In this document: positions 16,877-18,055 of the stretch, one piece after another
Layout: each line of letters begins with the position of its first letter
Position numbering within the stretch: position 1 is the first letter of the stretch
Virus genome (UHGV): UHGV-0106651
DNA: 18,055 bases
Source: a virus
Direction: 5' to 3' (one strand)
Made by a program: the position numbers and the translations under genes
Notes under the pieces: generated by a model
Databases searched by the model: none
The model's input: only the letters and a program-made list of their open reading frames with translations
What the model was told of the DNA's origin: nothing

Positions 16877-16991
16877 CAATTTATCGTGAATATATTCATC
16901 ACAAGTGCCTACTATTGGTGGCTAAATTTCAGCCACCACGAAAAAAGCTATTAGTAGTAGCAAAAAAAAGTACCACTCGGAGGGTTTTCTG

Positions 16992-18005
16992 ATGGCAATC
17001 AAAAAACTCGATGATGGTCGATATGAAGTGGACATCCGCCCTACTGGACGTAACGGAAAACGCATCCGTAGGAAGTTTGATAAGAAAAGCGAAGCTGTCG
17101 CTTTCGAAAAATACACGTTGTACAACCACCACAATAAAGAATGGCTATCAAAACCAACAGACAAACGACGTCTGTCGGAACTGACACAGATCTGGTGGGA
17201 TTTAAAGGGTAAACACGAAGAGCATGGGAAATCTAATCTTGGAAAAATTGAAATCTTCACAAAAATAACGAATGACCCATGCGCATTTCAAATCACGAAA
17301 TCCCTTATCAGCCAGTACTGCGCCACCCGAAGAAGTCAGGGTATTAAACCTTCGAGTATCAATCGTGATTTAACATGTATTAGCGGCATGTTTACAGCCC
17401 TGATTGAAGCGGAGTTATTCTTTGGTGAGCACCCTATCAGAGGGACAAAGAGGCTTAAGGAGGAAAAACCAGAAACAGGCTATCTCACACAGGAAGAAAT
17501 TGCCTTACTGCTTGCAGCACTTGACGGCGACAATAAAAAGATTGCGATTCTTTGCCTGAGTACAGGAGCACGTTGGGGAGAAGCAGCTCGTTTGAAAGCA
17601 GAAAATATCATCCATAACCGCGTCACGTTTGTTAAAACGAAAACAAACAAACCACGCACCGTCCCGATCTCAGAGGCTGTTGCCAAAATGATCGCGGATA
17701 ACAAACGAGGTTTTTTATTCCCTGATGCTGATTACCCTCGCTTCAGACGAACAATGAAAGCAATAAAACCGGATTTGCCAATGGGGCAAGCCACACATGC
17801 ACTAAGGCACAGCTTTGCCACTCATTTCATGATTAATGGAGGAAGTATTATCACGCTACAACGGATACTAGGTCACACGCGGATTGAGCAAACTATGGTT
17901 TACGCTCATTTTGCGCCAGAGTACCTTCAGGACGCCATTTCTCTTAATCCGCTAAGAGGTGGTACTGAGGCCGAGAGTGTCCACACAGTGTCCACAGTAG
18001 AGTAA
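16992..18005 (+). CDS. int: Tyrosine integrase, 337 aa
   Basis: 337 aa with the tyrosine-recombinase catalytic region (HALRHSFATH ... LGHTRIEQTMVYAHF). Same length and position as P2 Int. Confidence 0.9.
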   Translation: MAIKKLDDGRYEVDIRPTGRNGKRIRRKFDKKSEAVAFEKYTLYNHHNKEWLSKPTDKRRLSELTQIWWDLKGKHEEHGKSNLGKIEIFTKITNDPCAFQITKSLISQYCATRRSQGIKPSSINRDLTCISGMFTALIEAELFFGEHPIRGTKRLKEEKPETGYLTQEEIALLLAALDGDNKKIAILCLSTGARWGEAARLKAENIIHNRVTFVKTKTNKPRTVPISEAVAKMIADNKRGFLFPDADYPRFRRTMKAIKPDLPMGQATHALRHSFATHFMINGGSIITLQRILGHTRIEQTMVYAHFAPEYLQDAISLNPLRGGTEAESVHTVSTVE

Positions 18006-18055
18006 CGTTTAAGGGCTTTCAGTGGTAATTTATGCCGCTCAAACCCGCATTGTAC

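Larger units (their letters stand above)
1..18055. mobile_element. Segment of a P2-like temperate phage (prophage), spanning lysis genes through integrase; both ends of the element lie outside the window
   Basis: Gene order and orientation match the P2 map read in reverse: lysis cassette, X, L, M, N, O, divergent P and Q, cos, A, B, cox, C, int. Translations match remembered P2 proteins in length and sequence. Confidence 0.9.

Noticed and set aside
18006-18055. Possible att site downstream of int
   Set aside because: The remembered P2 att core (AAAAAATAAGCCCGTGTAAGGGAGATT) is not present in the last 50 nt; the attachment site presumably lies beyond the window, so no call was made.
1-18055. 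CRISPR arrays, tRNA or rRNA genes
   Set aside because: No regularly spaced direct repeats with unique spacers and no tRNA-like or rRNA-like sequence were seen; the short repeats present are explained as terminators or operators.

Overview
This window is a contiguous piece of a P2-like (Peduovirus) prophage from an enterobacterial host, identified by reading the ORF translations against remembered P2 proteins; no search was run. Left to right: the lysis cassette lysC/lysB/lysA/K/Y and the capsid genes X, L, M, N, O on the minus strand; the packaging genes P and Q on the plus strand; an AT-rich cargo region around the cos site; then replication gene A, four small ORFs, B, cox (all minus), and C repressor and integrase (plus). 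The cargo sits in the variable region between portal gene Q and replication gene A, where P2 itself carries tin and old. The most interesting element is an AT-rich, translationally coupled two-gene operon (8409-10410, minus) between Q and cos. It encodes a 478-aa ABC-type ATPase with Walker A, Walker B and H-loop motifs, plus a 190-aa partner of unknown function. This looks like a split OLD-like or PARIS-like defence candidate but cannot be assigned to a named system from sequence alone. On the other side of cos are an orphan 174-aa gene with its own terminator, and a DUF3850-like gene plus a 68-aa ORF chained to A by overlapping stop/start codons. No tRNA, rRNA, CRISPR array or IS element was seen. 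All family assignments rest on motif reading and recall.
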